This document shows, one piece after another, positions 13,736-26,123 of a stretch of DNA of 64,000 nt. A program made the position numbers and the translations under genes. The stretch comes from Octopus vulgaris (taxonomy: Eukaryota): positions 54,064,001-54,128,000 of the forward strand of contig OX597814.1 in assembly GCA_951406725.2 (NCBI GenBank). The letters are read 5' to 3'. The notes under the pieces were generated by a model. It was not told the DNA's origin. It ran no database searches and saw only the letters and a program-made list of their open reading frames with translations. Numbering within the stretch: position 1 is the first letter of the stretch; each line of letters starts with the position of its first letter.

Positions 13736-15616
13736 GTAAGTTGTTTATATATTTCATTTTGTAGGAAGGCGATAGTTCTAGGATAGCACTAGAGCTACCA
13801 GCAGTTAGCACCTTTGAATGTCACCAGATAACTTTTTTTTCAGTGTAATACTTCATTTCAGTAATCCACAGGTCAGACAGTTTTGTCTTGGTATTATCGC
13901 TTTGTAAGGACCTTCATAGATCATAGGTATTATCACCTCTTCTTCTAACTAATATAAATTCCCTCAGATTGGTATTTCACTAATCCACTGTTGATAATCT
14001 CATTAGATCAATCAGTTGTTATATTCTTAGTTCAATTCACTGATCAAATAACTATAATGTCTTCAATTCATATTTTCTATTGACAAGTCAGTGGTAACAT
14101 CTCCAGTTCAACTGCCCAGTATTCTTTTAATGGTGACCAACATTATTAAGATATCACACTATTCACATTCAGGACCTTACTTCATTTGTAAAAATTATGT
14201 TTCACTGAAGGAAGCACTTAACCCTTTCAATTTTAATCAATGTAGCTAAAATTAAATTCCAGGTTAAGACCAGTTAATTGCTACAGTGCCAGTTGTATTG
14301 TTTAATTAACTGTTACTAAATTCAAATTTGAGTGAAGGAATTTTGGCTTATTTCTACAGTCTTCTGGGCTAGAGATAGAATTTCTAACTGGAGTTACTGA
14401 TCAAACATCATAGAGACTTTGTTGAATGTATACTTATGTCTACTGAAAAATCTGGTTAGTACCATGAAACCATTATGGTAGTGAATATCATGACCTGTCT
14501 AGTTGTAGAGAACATTGTCTCGAAGAAGTATTTCTATTACTAGTCAGCTTGCAGGATCTTATTCCTCTCTATGTAAAATCCATGGGAGGATTTGATATGG
14601 ACCCTGTTTGAGAATTTTACAATGCTGTTGTAGATTTCAATAATGAAATATACCACACTGTAGTCACACGTACACGAGAAAAATGCACGTGCAGTTTGCG
14701 CAAAAAAATGAGACAGTCGGACAAGTTGTTTTGAGAAAATTTGATTTTAATAATGAAATATACCACACTGTAGTCATTACTTGGTTAGTTATTTGTTGAG
14801 AACTTCACATTTTGACCAAGGAAACATTTAGTTGATTGTCAGGAATTCTACTAAACTGGCCATCCATGGCCCATTTATATTACTATCCTCAACATTAAAG
14901 TGACTCATCATTTATACACAAGAAGTCCTGTATAATTTTTTCAGATCATAAAATCACAAGCTGTGTATCTCACTGCCCTTCATTAACTCTTTCATTACTA
15001 TATTTCTAATCAACATATGTCCCTTATGTGTTTCAGTTAAATTCTAATATAATCGTGAATTTAGACTGGTTTCATAAAACAACCCTAACTTTTTTTTATT
15101 TATTGATACATTAAAGCACTCCACTCTACACAATGCATCCTTGTAGAATGCATACTAGAAAGTTGTTTCAACTGACCATCCACTGGGAGCTTACTTTTTT
15201 TGATGAAGACATTCACAGCAACTGCCTTTCACAACCCTTGATTTTTCCTAATTTATGGAGGTCAGCTGAATTCAGAGGGATACCCCTCTGGCAGGCTTTA
15301 GCTTTTCTCCCTGCAGTTGTTTTTTTGCACACAAAACTTACCCTCAACTGTGTTGCTACTTCTGCTCGAAACTGCAGATGGCCACATAATTTTTCAGCCC
15401 CACCTGATTTTGTATATAGTATAAATGCATTGACAATACTCATGTTTATTATATACCAAACCGGGTATTACCACTATTTATTACCCAGTCTACCAACCAA
15501 GTAATAGCTCATTTGTTTCAGCCCATCTACACTACCCATAAGCAGATAGAAAATAGATTTGCCTCTTATCTCTATATATACATATATGTACATATATATC
15601 TATATATGTATATATA

Positions 15617-15790
15617 TACATACAAAATTTAGAGGAATGACCACTAAAGTGGATACCCTTTATGCTAAGCATAGACGTCAAATCGCCATTATCATGAAGA
15701 ACATATTCTTCGTGGTAATGGCGATTTGACATCTATGTTTAGCATAAAGGGTGTCCACTTTAGTGGTCATTCCTCTAAATTTTGTATGTA
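15617..15790. repeat. 174-bp near-perfect palindrome (85-bp arms, 4-nt centre)
   Basis: Arm 15617-15701 is the reverse complement of 15706-15790 with 5 transition mismatches. Confidence 0.97.
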
Positions 15791-16082
15791 ATACAATTTT
15801 TAATCTTCGGACTTTTTGAAATATACTAAGCCACTGGTTTTAATTGATTAATATCAATTTCTACCCTTATTATTTAATTTTATTTATATTATTAAGGATG
15901 GGGAAGAGGTGAATATATATATATGTGTGTGTGTGTCTGTATAAGTATATAAACATATCTATATACATATATGTATATATATATTTATATCTATAAATAT
16001 GTATATATGTGTGTGTGTATTTATATATATATATGTGTGTGTATGTATATATATATATATATATATATATACTTGTATATAA

Positions 16083-16255
16083 AGTTAATCCAAACATGAA
16101 AACACAAAGAGAAAGCACAACAACGCGAGGACGTGGAACAAATATAGTATTATTGGACGCTCAGGAAGGAAGGGAAGAAGGAGGGTTTTACGCTTCGAGC
16201 GGAGCTCTTTGTCAGAAACATAGGAAAAAGAAAGGTCCAGAGAAGGGAAGACGAC
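16083..16255 (-). mobile_element. Short Penelope-associated repeat with a mutated hammerhead motif (copy 1)
   Basis: Homologous to 29317-29500. Minus strand reads GUUU CUGACAA A GAGC UCC GCUC GAAG CG UA AAAC. Embedded in (TA)n. Confidence 0.7.
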
Positions 16256-16270
16256 ACATGTATATAAGTA

Positions 16271-16350
<80 letters not shown>

Positions 16351-16351
16351 C

Positions 16352-16402
<51 letters not shown>

Positions 16403-16454
16403 CTTGTATATAAGTGTGTGTTATATATATATATATATATATACTTGTATATAA

Positions 16455-16487
<33 letters not shown>

Positions 16488-16679
16488 CTTGTATATAAGT
16501 GTGTATATATATACATATACATATATATACATACGTACATATATGTCTAATATATAAAATCCGTTCTGTTTGTCTGTTTTTGTGCTTGTAACTCAAGTAT
16601 TGTTCATCTGATTGGGCTGAAATTTTAAACATGGATACATGAGAGAGCTGGGCATTCCGTAATAGTCCAGTAAGGTTGT

Positions 16680-19490
16680 ACTGGCATCATCCACTTTCAG
16701 GTGGTGCTTTTTACGTTCCACCAGCATGGGAGCCAGTCAGGGGGCACTGGCCACAGCTATGATATTGGTTTTACTTGACTCAACAGGTGTTCTCAAGCAT
16801 ATCATATTGCCCAACGCATCAGGGGTACTTTTAACTAGGCTGGACATGCATGGCTGCAATCTCACTTTAGTTGCTGGGTCTTCTCAATCACAGCATATCT
16901 CCAAAGGTCTTGGTCTCTTGACATTGCCTCTGTGAGGCCAAATATTCAAAGGTCATGCTTCACCACCTCATCGCATGTCTTCCTGGGTCTACCTCTTCCA
17001 CAGGTTCCTTCCACAGATAGGGAGTGGTAATTCCTCACACAGCTGTCCTCATCCATACGTAACACATGACCATACCAGCACAATCATCTCTCTTGCACAC
17101 TACATATGATGTTTCTTATGCCCAACTTTTCTCTCAGGGTACTTACACATTATCATGTATGCACACTGACATTACACATCCAGCGGATCATACTAGCTTC
17201 ATTTTTTTCAAGCCTATGCATGTCCTCAGTAGTTTGCACACATGCATCATACAGTCTACTTTTTATCCTGAGCGAGAAGCCATTAGTTTCCCAGGTTATT
17301 CTTAGTCTAGCTGCTACACTCTCAAAGCAACCACCCCCACTACAGACTTGATTGCCTAGGTAGCGGAAGGTGTGATGGAATCTGTTTTCTGTACATCTCC
17401 AGTGTTTATTGCCCCTGTGCATCTGCCACACACAAAAACTATCTTCCTGATTAACCTTCCTTTGTTATTGCTGCACCTTTTATGTGTCCATAGCTTACAC
17501 TGGGTACATCGTATGGAGTTTCTACCTACACCTTTTCTACAGATCGAGCAGGGCCATCTACCTGAAGGGGTTTGTGGTTTGACAGCCTTCCTACTTACTA
17601 AGACTTCAGTTTTTGCTAGGCTAACCCTAAAGCCCTTTGATTCTAGACCTTGCTTCCAAACCTTAAACTTTGTCTCTAATTCTGGCAGTGACTCAGCAAT
17701 TAGAGCAAGGTCATCAGCATAGAGGAGCTCCCAGGGGCAGCCTGTCTTGAATTCCTCTGCTATTGCCTGGAGGACTATAATGAATAAGAGGGGGCTGAGG
17801 ACTGATCCTTGGTGAAACCCTACTTCTACTCGAAATCCTTCACTATACTTGTTGTCAACACTCACCTTACTGACAGTATCCCTGTACAGGGCTTGTACAG
17901 CTCTTACCAACCACTCATCTATTCCCAGTTTCTACATTAACCACCAGATAAGGAATCGGGGGACCCTGTCAAAAGCTTTCTTCATGTCAACAAAAACCAA
18001 GTACAGAGGTTTATCTTTGGCTAGATATTTCTCCTACAGTTGCCTTACCAGAAATATAGAATCAGTTGTGCTTCTGCCTGGCACAAAACCAAATTGTATC
18101 TCATCTAGGCTAACTCTTTCCCTAATTAGTTGGGCTATGATCCTCTCTGTAACTTTAATCACCCCTGTAGTTATTTCTATCTAAAGCATCACCTTTACCT
18201 TTGTAGCAGTTGACTATAGTGCTGCTATGCCAGTCATTGGATATGACTCCATCATGAACTACCTGGTTTACAATGCGGGTGGCAAGACCATAACCCACAC
18301 CGCCCGATATTTTAAGCATCTCAGCGGTGATTTCTGATGAGCCAGGTGCTTTCCCTGTCTTCATATCCTTAATTGCTTTATCTACCAGAGTACTGTCTAT
18401 TCAAGTGGTTAGTCCCTCAATTGGGTCAACCTTTGGCAGACTCTCCTCTTCCCATTCATTTTCCACATTCAGCAGTCTTTCATAATGGCATCTCCAAGCC
18501 TCTTTCTTTGCAGAATCATTAAATGCAAGAGCACCATCATCCATGTGGACACATTTCTCTCCTATGACATCACGGTTTTTCTCTCACACACTATCTTGCA
18601 ATCCAAAATACTTCAGTTCTTTAGTCCTCATGTTGCTGAACATTGGCAAACTCCTTTTCTGCTACTCCCTTGGCTATATATACCTGTCTCCTAACAGGAG
18701 AATCTGATACATTCTCCTGCTACCTCCAATTTTCCAGGCCTTCCAATCCTGTTTCTTTGTTCTAATGGCCCTGTTCCACCACCATGTTACCCTAGGTCTG
18801 CAAGGGACTTTGCACCAGCCACAGACTTGGTCTGTGGTACTCAGCAAGCTCTCTCATTGGAATTCCCAGCTGTCTTCTATGCCACAGGAGTGTAGCTCCT
18901 CCTCCCTATCATCAAATTTCTCAGTAAGGATATCCCTAAATCTCTGACCATGTGAAAGGTTCTTAAGCTTCCATCTCCTTCTTTTCCAGATCGGTCTGCT
19001 TTTTGGCATCCTTCTGGCCTTGAGTCTAAAATCACTAATAACTATTCTATGTTGGTGGGTACATTCTTCACCAAGGAGGGTCTTTGTATTTAAGAGAAAC
19101 CATGCATCCCGCTGTCTGGTGAGAATGAAATCAATCTAGCTAGCAGAGTCACCTGATTGATAGGTTATCAGGTATCTAGCTGGTTTCCTGAAATTGGTGT
19201 TGCAGATCAATAGGTTATTTGCATCGCAAAACTCCAGGAGCCCAGTTCCCTCTTTATTTCTGGTACCAACTCCATGGCCGCCCTGTACACCATGGAAGAT
19301 ACCAGGTTGTTGTCCAACATGCCCATTAAAATCTCCAGCCACAAAGATGAGATCATTGTCACTCATCTTTGAGGTAGCCTGCAAAAAAAGTGATCCTTCT
19401 GTTCATTTGGTAGGCCCGCTTGTGGGGCACGGGCAGAGATAATTATAGCTATACCGTTCTTCAAAACTAGCTTGAGTTTAAGTACTCTAT
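16680..19490 (-). mobile_element. RTE-clade LINE, near full-length ORF with frameshifts, plus 3' UTR
   Basis: APE endonuclease (FVAGDFNGHVG), RT (KAPG, QGSVLSPLLF, LLYADDL), Cys/His finger and C-terminal RGRPRKTW motif. Confidence 0.93.
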
Positions 19491-19739
19491 CGCATATATA
19501 CATGTATACATATATATATATGATGGCCATCCACTCATGACCAAGCAAGAACATTGCTGACCTTCAGGAACATTGCACACTCTAGGAGTAACTTATATTT
19601 TGCATTTGTGGCTCTGTCGGTGGCTAATGAGCCCTGCTCTTGACAAGCATACATGACTGCAAACATCGCAGACCAAGCTTTCCCCATTCACTACACCAGC
19701 AGTGCGCTTTCAAGCTGCATACTTAAGTTCTTCATGCTG

Positions 19740-21078
19740 ATTACGTGCTCTCTCAAAGTGTCAACCCCTTCCTTAACCTGCCTCCTCCATCTGTGGCGAT
19801 GATAGGCATTGTTCTCCCAGTCAGTCTCCTGCATATCACAGGCCTTTAATGAGGACTTGACACAGTCCTTAAATCACAGCCTTGGTTTCTGCTGCGGTCT
19901 CTTTCCATTCACAAGTTCCCCATATACCATCTGTTTAGAGATCCTGCTATCCTTCATTCAAATAAGGTGTCCAGTCCAACGTAACTGGTGCTTGTGCACC
20001 ATCGCCTCAATATTCAAGCTATCAGCTGTCTTCAGTACCTGTGTGTCTGGAGTTTTTAAGGTCCAGCCAACATTCCAAGGACCCTTACATGGCATTTGTA
20101 AAGGGTCCATGTCTTACATGAGTAAAGGAGTGATGTGAGTACACGTGCACGGTACACAGCAATTTTTGTTTGCCTTGTGATGCCATGCTAGGACCAGACA
20201 TGAGACTGAAGAGACCGGAAGGAATCAGTTACTCTCTGCAGCTTGAAAGATATTTCGTTATCCAGGGAGCAAGAACGGCTGAGTGTGCTGCCCAGGTAGA
20301 CAAACTTGTCTACCACTTTCAGAATTGTTCCTTCAACGAAGATAGCTGGTTCCACATATGGATTTCCTGGTGCAGGCTGGAATGTTACAACAGTCTTGTC
20401 CAGGCTAATGCTGAGTCCAAATGCCTTTCAAGAAGCAGAAATACGATTCATAAGTATTTGCATGTCATCCACTGTATGAGTGACTAAGTCACAGTCATTT
20501 GCATAAAGGAGGTCACGAATAAGAGACTGGAGAACTTTTGAATTGGCAGCAAATCGGTGCAGATTAAAGAGGCAGCCAGAAGATCAATATCTGACATATA
20601 TTCCCAGAGAGCTAACCTTAGCAAAAGCATGAGTAAAAGCAGCAGCAAAATACAAAGAAAAGAGTGTAGGGGTAAGGACGTCACCCTGCTTGACACCATT
20701 CTCTACTGGAATGGGTCCCGCTATACCACCACCAACATTGACCCAAGCTTCCATCCAATCATGAAATGATTTAATTATAGATACAAAATGATCCGTACAT
20801 CCAAGTTTGCCAAGTATTTTCCATAGAAAGGCCCTATTTACTGTATCAAAGGCCTTCCTTAAATCAATGAATATCTGGACAAGATCCATATTCTGCTCAT
20901 AGCACTTCTCCTGCATCTGTCTTGCTGTGAAAATCATATCTATTGTCCCTCTACCAGATCGGAAGCCACATTGAGATTAAGATAGGACATCATTTATGAG
21001 ACACCCATTCAGGCTGGTTAGAAGAATATTTGCCAGAACCTTGCCAGCAGCTGATAGTAGAGCAATATCTCTATAGTT
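19740..21078 (-). mobile_element. RTE-BovB-like LINE RT fragment
   Basis: MIFTARQMQEKC.EQN...FIDLRKAFDTVNR...GVKQGDVLTPTLFSLYF; downstream frames broken. Confidence 0.88.
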
Positions 21079-21079
21079 A

Positions 21080-21226
21080 CCACATGTTGTGTCTTTTCAA
21101 GCACAGCAAACTGCCAGGAGTCTCGGTCCCCTGTCATCCCCTCCATAAGTCCTAACATCTGTAGATCCTTTCTCACCACTACATCCCATGTCTTCCTGGG
21201 TCTACCCCTTCCACATGTTCCCTGTA
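21080..21226 (-). mobile_element. RTE LINE 3' end fragment
   Basis: GTCGRGRPRKTWDVVVRKDL...DRDSWQFAVLEKT. Confidence 0.8.
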
Positions 21227-21544
21227 TTAATTGCAAAAATTGCTCAGATTTTGTCCAAGTATGTGGAAAGCTGCAAACTATCTTTTTTCTCTCTTTGTTT
21301 ATATTTGGCATAATGATTTGTTTCTGTAGTAATTGCTTCAAACAAATTAAGAAGAAAAAGTAAAAAAAAAATAGTTTAATGGTTTTATTACCTAAGAAAG
21401 ACTGACTAGGTCCAGCCTCTTCTGAAAAATCATGAAGAAAAACACTTTTCAAACTCTTTCTCTTTTTAAGTACAAATCCATTTTCTTTGTTGTTATCAGA
21501 ATTATTTTGGGAATGCTGGTTTCCCTCTTGGAAATCAAAATATC

Positions 21545-22060
21545 ATCATCATTGTTTAACACCTGGCTTCCATGCTAGCATGGGTTGAATGATGTGACAG
21601 GAGCTAACCAAGTAGAATACTGCACCAAAATTCTGTCTGTTTTGACCTGGTTTTACAGCTGGATGCCCTTCCTAACACCAACCACCCCACAGAGTGGATG
21701 GAGTGCTTTTTATGTGGCACCAGCACAGGTGAGGTCAGTTTTGGCATAGTTTTTACAGCTGGATGTCCTTCCAAATGCCAACCACTTTATAGTGTGGACT
21801 GGATGCTTTTTATGTGACACCAGTACTGACAGGATTACCAAGTAACTTGCAAGACAAAGAACCTTTGAGAGGGGAGAAGGCATTAGAGGAGGTGATCTTG
21901 TGTCAGATGTTGAAAGGTTAGAGTCTGACAGAGACAAAGAGATAGAAACAGGTGTCTTGCTATAGAGGAGGTATAAGAACCTTTGAGAAGGGAGGTGATC
22001 TTGTGTCAGATGATGAAGGTTAAAGTGTGACAGAGGGACAGAAACAGGTATCTTGTTCTG
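21545..22060 (-). mobile_element. RTE-3'UTR-related SINE with internal tandem duplications
   Basis: (CAT)n tail and CCATGCTAGCATGG motif; two copies each of TTTTACAGCTGGATG..CTTCC and AAGAACCTTTGAGA...GAGGTGATCTTGTGTCAGATG. Confidence 0.7.
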
Positions 22061-23095
22061 AATCCTAATCACACACCATGTTGTTTTGTGTTTGCCATTT
22101 TGCTTCATTTTTCCACATCTTCTATTGAAAATCCTTCAAATTGTGATTTACTCCTTGACAGTATGAGACTGATGTCTATTTTTTTTTTTTTTCAGTATCA
22201 AAAGTTTTCAGAAAATGGATGTAGAAAAAATGTGGAAAAAATCTTCCAAAATTCAGATACAATGCTAAATAATGTCAGATACTGTAACTCAGTTGTTTAC
22301 ATAGTGAAATGATGTGTTTGCATGAATGAGATTTGCACTGAAATTATTTAAATATGTATTGGTTATTTTGGGGTTTTGGGGTAGGTTGGTAACATATGCC
22401 AAAAAAAAATTCTCCGGTATTTACAGGCAGATTAGTAATGAAAAGGTTAAAAGCTCTCATCAATACAGTTGTCTATAACTCTATGACTCTATGCTCTCAA
22501 CTACATAGTAAAAAGGCCTTGCCTGCATAAACTTGTACTTTCTTTACTAAACATCTCTGTTTCATAGTATAGCATTAAACAGATATATATCTTCATTTGG
22601 AGAGGATGTCCGTCTATCACTGGTAACTTTTTCCATGACTAAATTGAAGCCATTGTTGCATCTCTGTAAAATCTTGTCAATTTCATAGTACTTTTCCTGC
22701 ATAGACTGATGAATTATATACCATTCCATAGTAGTTACTTGCAGTTAAATAGATTGGGATGTGGAAAGCTAAGTGTCTTTGATGTGGGCACATCTCAAAA
22801 CTGTTGACAGGATATCAATTTTAACCCTGCCGCCCGATAGTTGTCTAATACTTTGTCAGATCCTCTTTCTATTCTCTTTATCTACATCATTAAACTCTAT
22901 GAAATACAGTATATAGTTGTTTTTTTTTATTTTATTTTTTTACTATATACCATATTTGTATATAATTGAAAAACACTATACACAAACACATTAGAAGAAA
23001 TAAATGCAGTGACTAAGTGATGGCCATTTGCTCTTGTGGTAGAGTCTTAATATCAATGTTGCTATTGTTTTATTTATTTATTTTTTTTTTTTCAG

Positions 23096-23185
23096 ATGAT
23101 GGAGTCATCAGAGATAGAAAGATACATTGCAGAAATTGAGAAAGAGAAAGAAGAGGAAGCTGAAAAGAAGAAACAAAAGAAATAG
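23096..23185 (+). CDS. PSMA7: Proteasome subunit alpha type-7, last exon
   Basis: Strong poly-T/CAG acceptor; MMESSEIERYIAEIEKEKEEEAEKKKQKK*, the KEKE-rich alpha4 C-terminus. Confidence 0.96.
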   Translation: MMESSEIERYIAEIEKEKEEEAEKKKQKK

Positions 23186-23484
23186 TTCAACTCACATCAC
23201 CACATCAAGATTTTCATCTCCTTTGATCCTTCTTAGTTTCTCTATCATTGCTGAATTACATTTTTTTTCTTGTTTATAAAATTATACAGTTTAACATATG
23301 ACTTACATCTTGTCTTTTTAAATGTGTGAGGTTTTTGTAACATTTAGACTATGGGCAGATGTTTAGCTTGCTTGGCTACTGACTACAAATTTATGCAATA
23401 ATCATTGTTTACTCTAGGCAAAGTCATTAACCTACCTGTGTATTTTTTCATTTGGTTGGGTAGAGGCATAGCATGGCCCTGGTT

Positions 23485-23796
23485 TTGTTTGTTTGTTCCT
23501 TCTCGAGCCATGCTTGGCTCATAAGGGCCGGTTTCCTGGTTTTTTGGCGTATAGGCTCCCCACCTGGACGGGATGCCGGTCCGTCGCAGGTGAGCTGCAA
23601 GATGCAGGAGGAAAGAGTGAGAGAAAGTTGTGGCGAAAGAGTCAACAGAAGTTTCGCCATTACATTCTGCCGGAGCCATGTGGAGCGTAGGTGTTATGCT
23701 CATAAACATACACATCGTCCGGTCTGAGATTCGAACCCGCGATCCCTTGACCGCGAGTCCGCTGCTCTAACCACTAGGCCATGTGCCTCCACATTA
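23485..23796 (-). mobile_element. Young tRNA-derived SINE with target site duplication
   Basis: A box TGGCCTAGTGG, B box GGTTCGAATCT, (AAAC)n tail, TSD GCCCTGGTT at 23476-23484 and 23797-23805, CpG-rich. Confidence 0.92.
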
Positions 23797-24456
23797 GCCC
23801 TGGTTAGGTAAATTAAATTCATACAAACATGCTATAGGAACTTATTTGTCATTCTTAATATTAATGATTTAGTGACTAAAATTTATAAAATGTATCTTTT
23901 TTTTTTAAGGTTCACAGTAGTTATATTTAGCTGGACTTCTGTACTTTGACATATTTTTATTTCTAAATAATCCCCAAAATTTTATCTTTGTGATTGAGGT
24001 CTTATTTGTTCCATGATTTTCTTTTTTTCTTTTTGTTTTTGTTTCTCTTCATTCAAGAGTTGTTGATAGTTTGTGTATAAATTATCATTACCATTCATGA
24101 AATATTTTTTCATAGGCCATGATCTCTGAGTCCTATATATCTGAAGTCCTGCTTATAAATAAGTGCTTTTTAAAAATTTATTTACTGCTAATATTAAGGA
24201 CTTAAGATAATTTTCTAGCCATTCTTTTATTTTTTTATTGACTCTGTATGAATTTAATTCTCTAAACTCTAACTATTTCCAATATTCTTCTCCATCTATT
24301 CCTCATTTACAACTAGGTGCACAGCTCCATTAAATATTAGGTGTTTTTATGGGGAAATTAACCATGTCCTAACACTGGTATAACTCTATTAATAGTTGAC
24401 ACTCTGGATGCTATAACTCTCAAGATGTTTACTTTTCTCTGTTATTGTATATAAAC

Positions 24457-24462
24457 AATAAA
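24457..24462 (+). terminator. Candidate PSMA7 polyadenylation signal
   Basis: First canonical AATAAA found after the stop codon; ATTAAA variants occur earlier at about 23812 and 24329. Confidence 0.35.
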
Positions 24463-24529
24463 TGTTATTCATGCAATGATCCAGATATGCAAACTCTTCC
24501 ATTCTAGAAGAAATATTTTATCTTTGACA

Positions 24530-25145
24530 AATATCATAAGATTAGGCTATTAAGCATATGAAAGCAGGGAAAGCAACAGGGTTATCAGAGATAGATACTG
24601 AGATTATGAAAACATCTGGCAAAGTAGAACATGTGCTAGTTACTTGCATAGTCAATCACATAGTGCAAGAAATAACAAAAATGTATTGGGAAGAAGAAAG
24701 TAAATTAGAAAGACAATAAACTGATGGAGGTTACAGGGAGAGAACTTGCTTGGATGAACTGGAGCTACTGATACCATCTTCTCCTCAACCACAGAAGCCT
24801 TTAATTAAGAAAAAAACATTATATATTGCTTTTGTTGAAGTAAAGAAGGTCTTTGGGATGGTACTATACTTTGTAGTCTGAGTTAAATGAATAAATGGCT
24901 TCTGAGAGCCATGCAAGCAATGTAAAGGTTTATTGTCGATTAAAAAATGAGCTCAGTGAGAAATTTAACATGCAATTAGGTGTCCATCAGGGCTTAGTTC
25001 TCATTCCTTTCACACTTACAGTTCTTCACACCATGACAGTAAAGTTCAGAACTCTGTGAGAGCTGTATGTTGACAGTTAATTTGTAACAATATCAGTCCA
25101 AACATGGAAACATTGCCTAAAATTTAATTTAGCAAAAGCAAAAGT
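24530..25145 (+). mobile_element. Highly decayed RTE LINE RT fragment
   Basis: MKAGKATG, GVHQGLVL and ELYVD remnants. Confidence 0.7.
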
Positions 25146-25302
25146 CTAATCAGAAATGAAAACGATACTAGGCACAGGTGTGGCTGTGTGATTAAGAAGC
25201 TTACTTCCCAACCATGTGGTCTTGGGTTCAGTCCCACTGCACAACACCTTGTGAAAGCATTTGGTAGATGGAAACTGAAAGCCCGTCACACACACACACA
25301 CA

Positions 25303-26095
25303 TATGAGTGGGTACCCAAAAGTAACCAGGAACGTTCTCTGTGGGACAAGCCTATTGTAGTTCATGCTTTTGTCACTAGAAGCCACTTGATGTAACCCTC
25401 AGGCATCAGTCTGGTGACCGGTGGTGTCGGGTATAGTTGTACTGCCACATGGTGTGTCTTTGTTTTGCAGTGCTTCTCCCCTGTTTGTCGAATTTTGGCT
25501 GAGGTAAAGGAACAGCATGCTTCCATGAAATTTTTTCTTTTGGGGAAAACAGTTATCATGCTTCAGACAGCTTACAAGGACACTGCCACAAGCAAAACAA
25601 GTCTATGATTGGTTTTCACGCTTTAGGAATAGTCCCTTGTTGCTAGAAGGCTAACCTCGTTCAGGGAAACTGTCGACCTCCTGAATGAATGAAAACATCA
25701 TAGAAATTCATGAAGTGATCTCGGAGGACCATCGCCGAGCAATTGACAAACTTGTTGATATGACTGGTGTGTCCTGGAGCTCCTGTCAATGAATTTTGAG
25801 CAAGGAATAGCAAATGAAGAGTTGCAGCAAAATTTATGCTTTGCTTGCTCACGGAAGATCAAAAGCAGTCACAACTGAATGCATGTCATGAACTGAAAGA
25901 ACATTGGAAGTTGATCTGGACCTTTTTTGAAGGTCATCACTCATGACGAAAGTTGCTGCTATGGCTACGACCTGGAAACAAAGCAGCAATCAAGTCAATG
26001 GAAGCATTCAATATCACCATGCCCCCAAAAGCACATCAAGTGAAGTCCAATGTCAAGATGATGCTGATTTGTTTCATTGATATGAAAGGAATGTA
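25303..26095 (+). mobile_element. mariner transposase 5' remnant
   Basis: EQHASMKF..LGK, KVITHDESCCYGYDLETKQQSSQWK and KSNVKMMLICFIDMKG motifs; frameshifted and truncated. Confidence 0.85.
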
Positions 26096-26123
26096 AAAGT
26101 GCCCAAGTCAGTGCCACATAAAT

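Larger units (their letters stand above)
14222..22446 (-). mobile_element. Decayed piggyBac transposon interrupted by nested insertions
   Basis: TTAA at 14218-14221 and 22447-22450, with 13/17 matching terminal inverted sequences. Minus-strand transposase pieces: ETNHYA region (about 21300-21440), MGSVDG..Q (about 15510-15540), SIVNAFILY...HLQFRAEVA (15213-15443) and a Cys-rich tail LCRVECF (about 15110-15140). Confidence 0.7.

Noticed and set aside
15870-16632. Several 80-160 aa ORFs rich in YI/IY repeats (also near 29.1, 30.1-30.4, 35.8-37.4, 48.2 and 54.5 kb)
   Set aside because: Translations of (TA)n/(CA)n/(TG)n microsatellites, not genes.
23720-23790. tRNA-like sequence on the minus strand
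   Set aside because: It is the head of a SINE with body, tail and TSD; no convincing acceptor stem.
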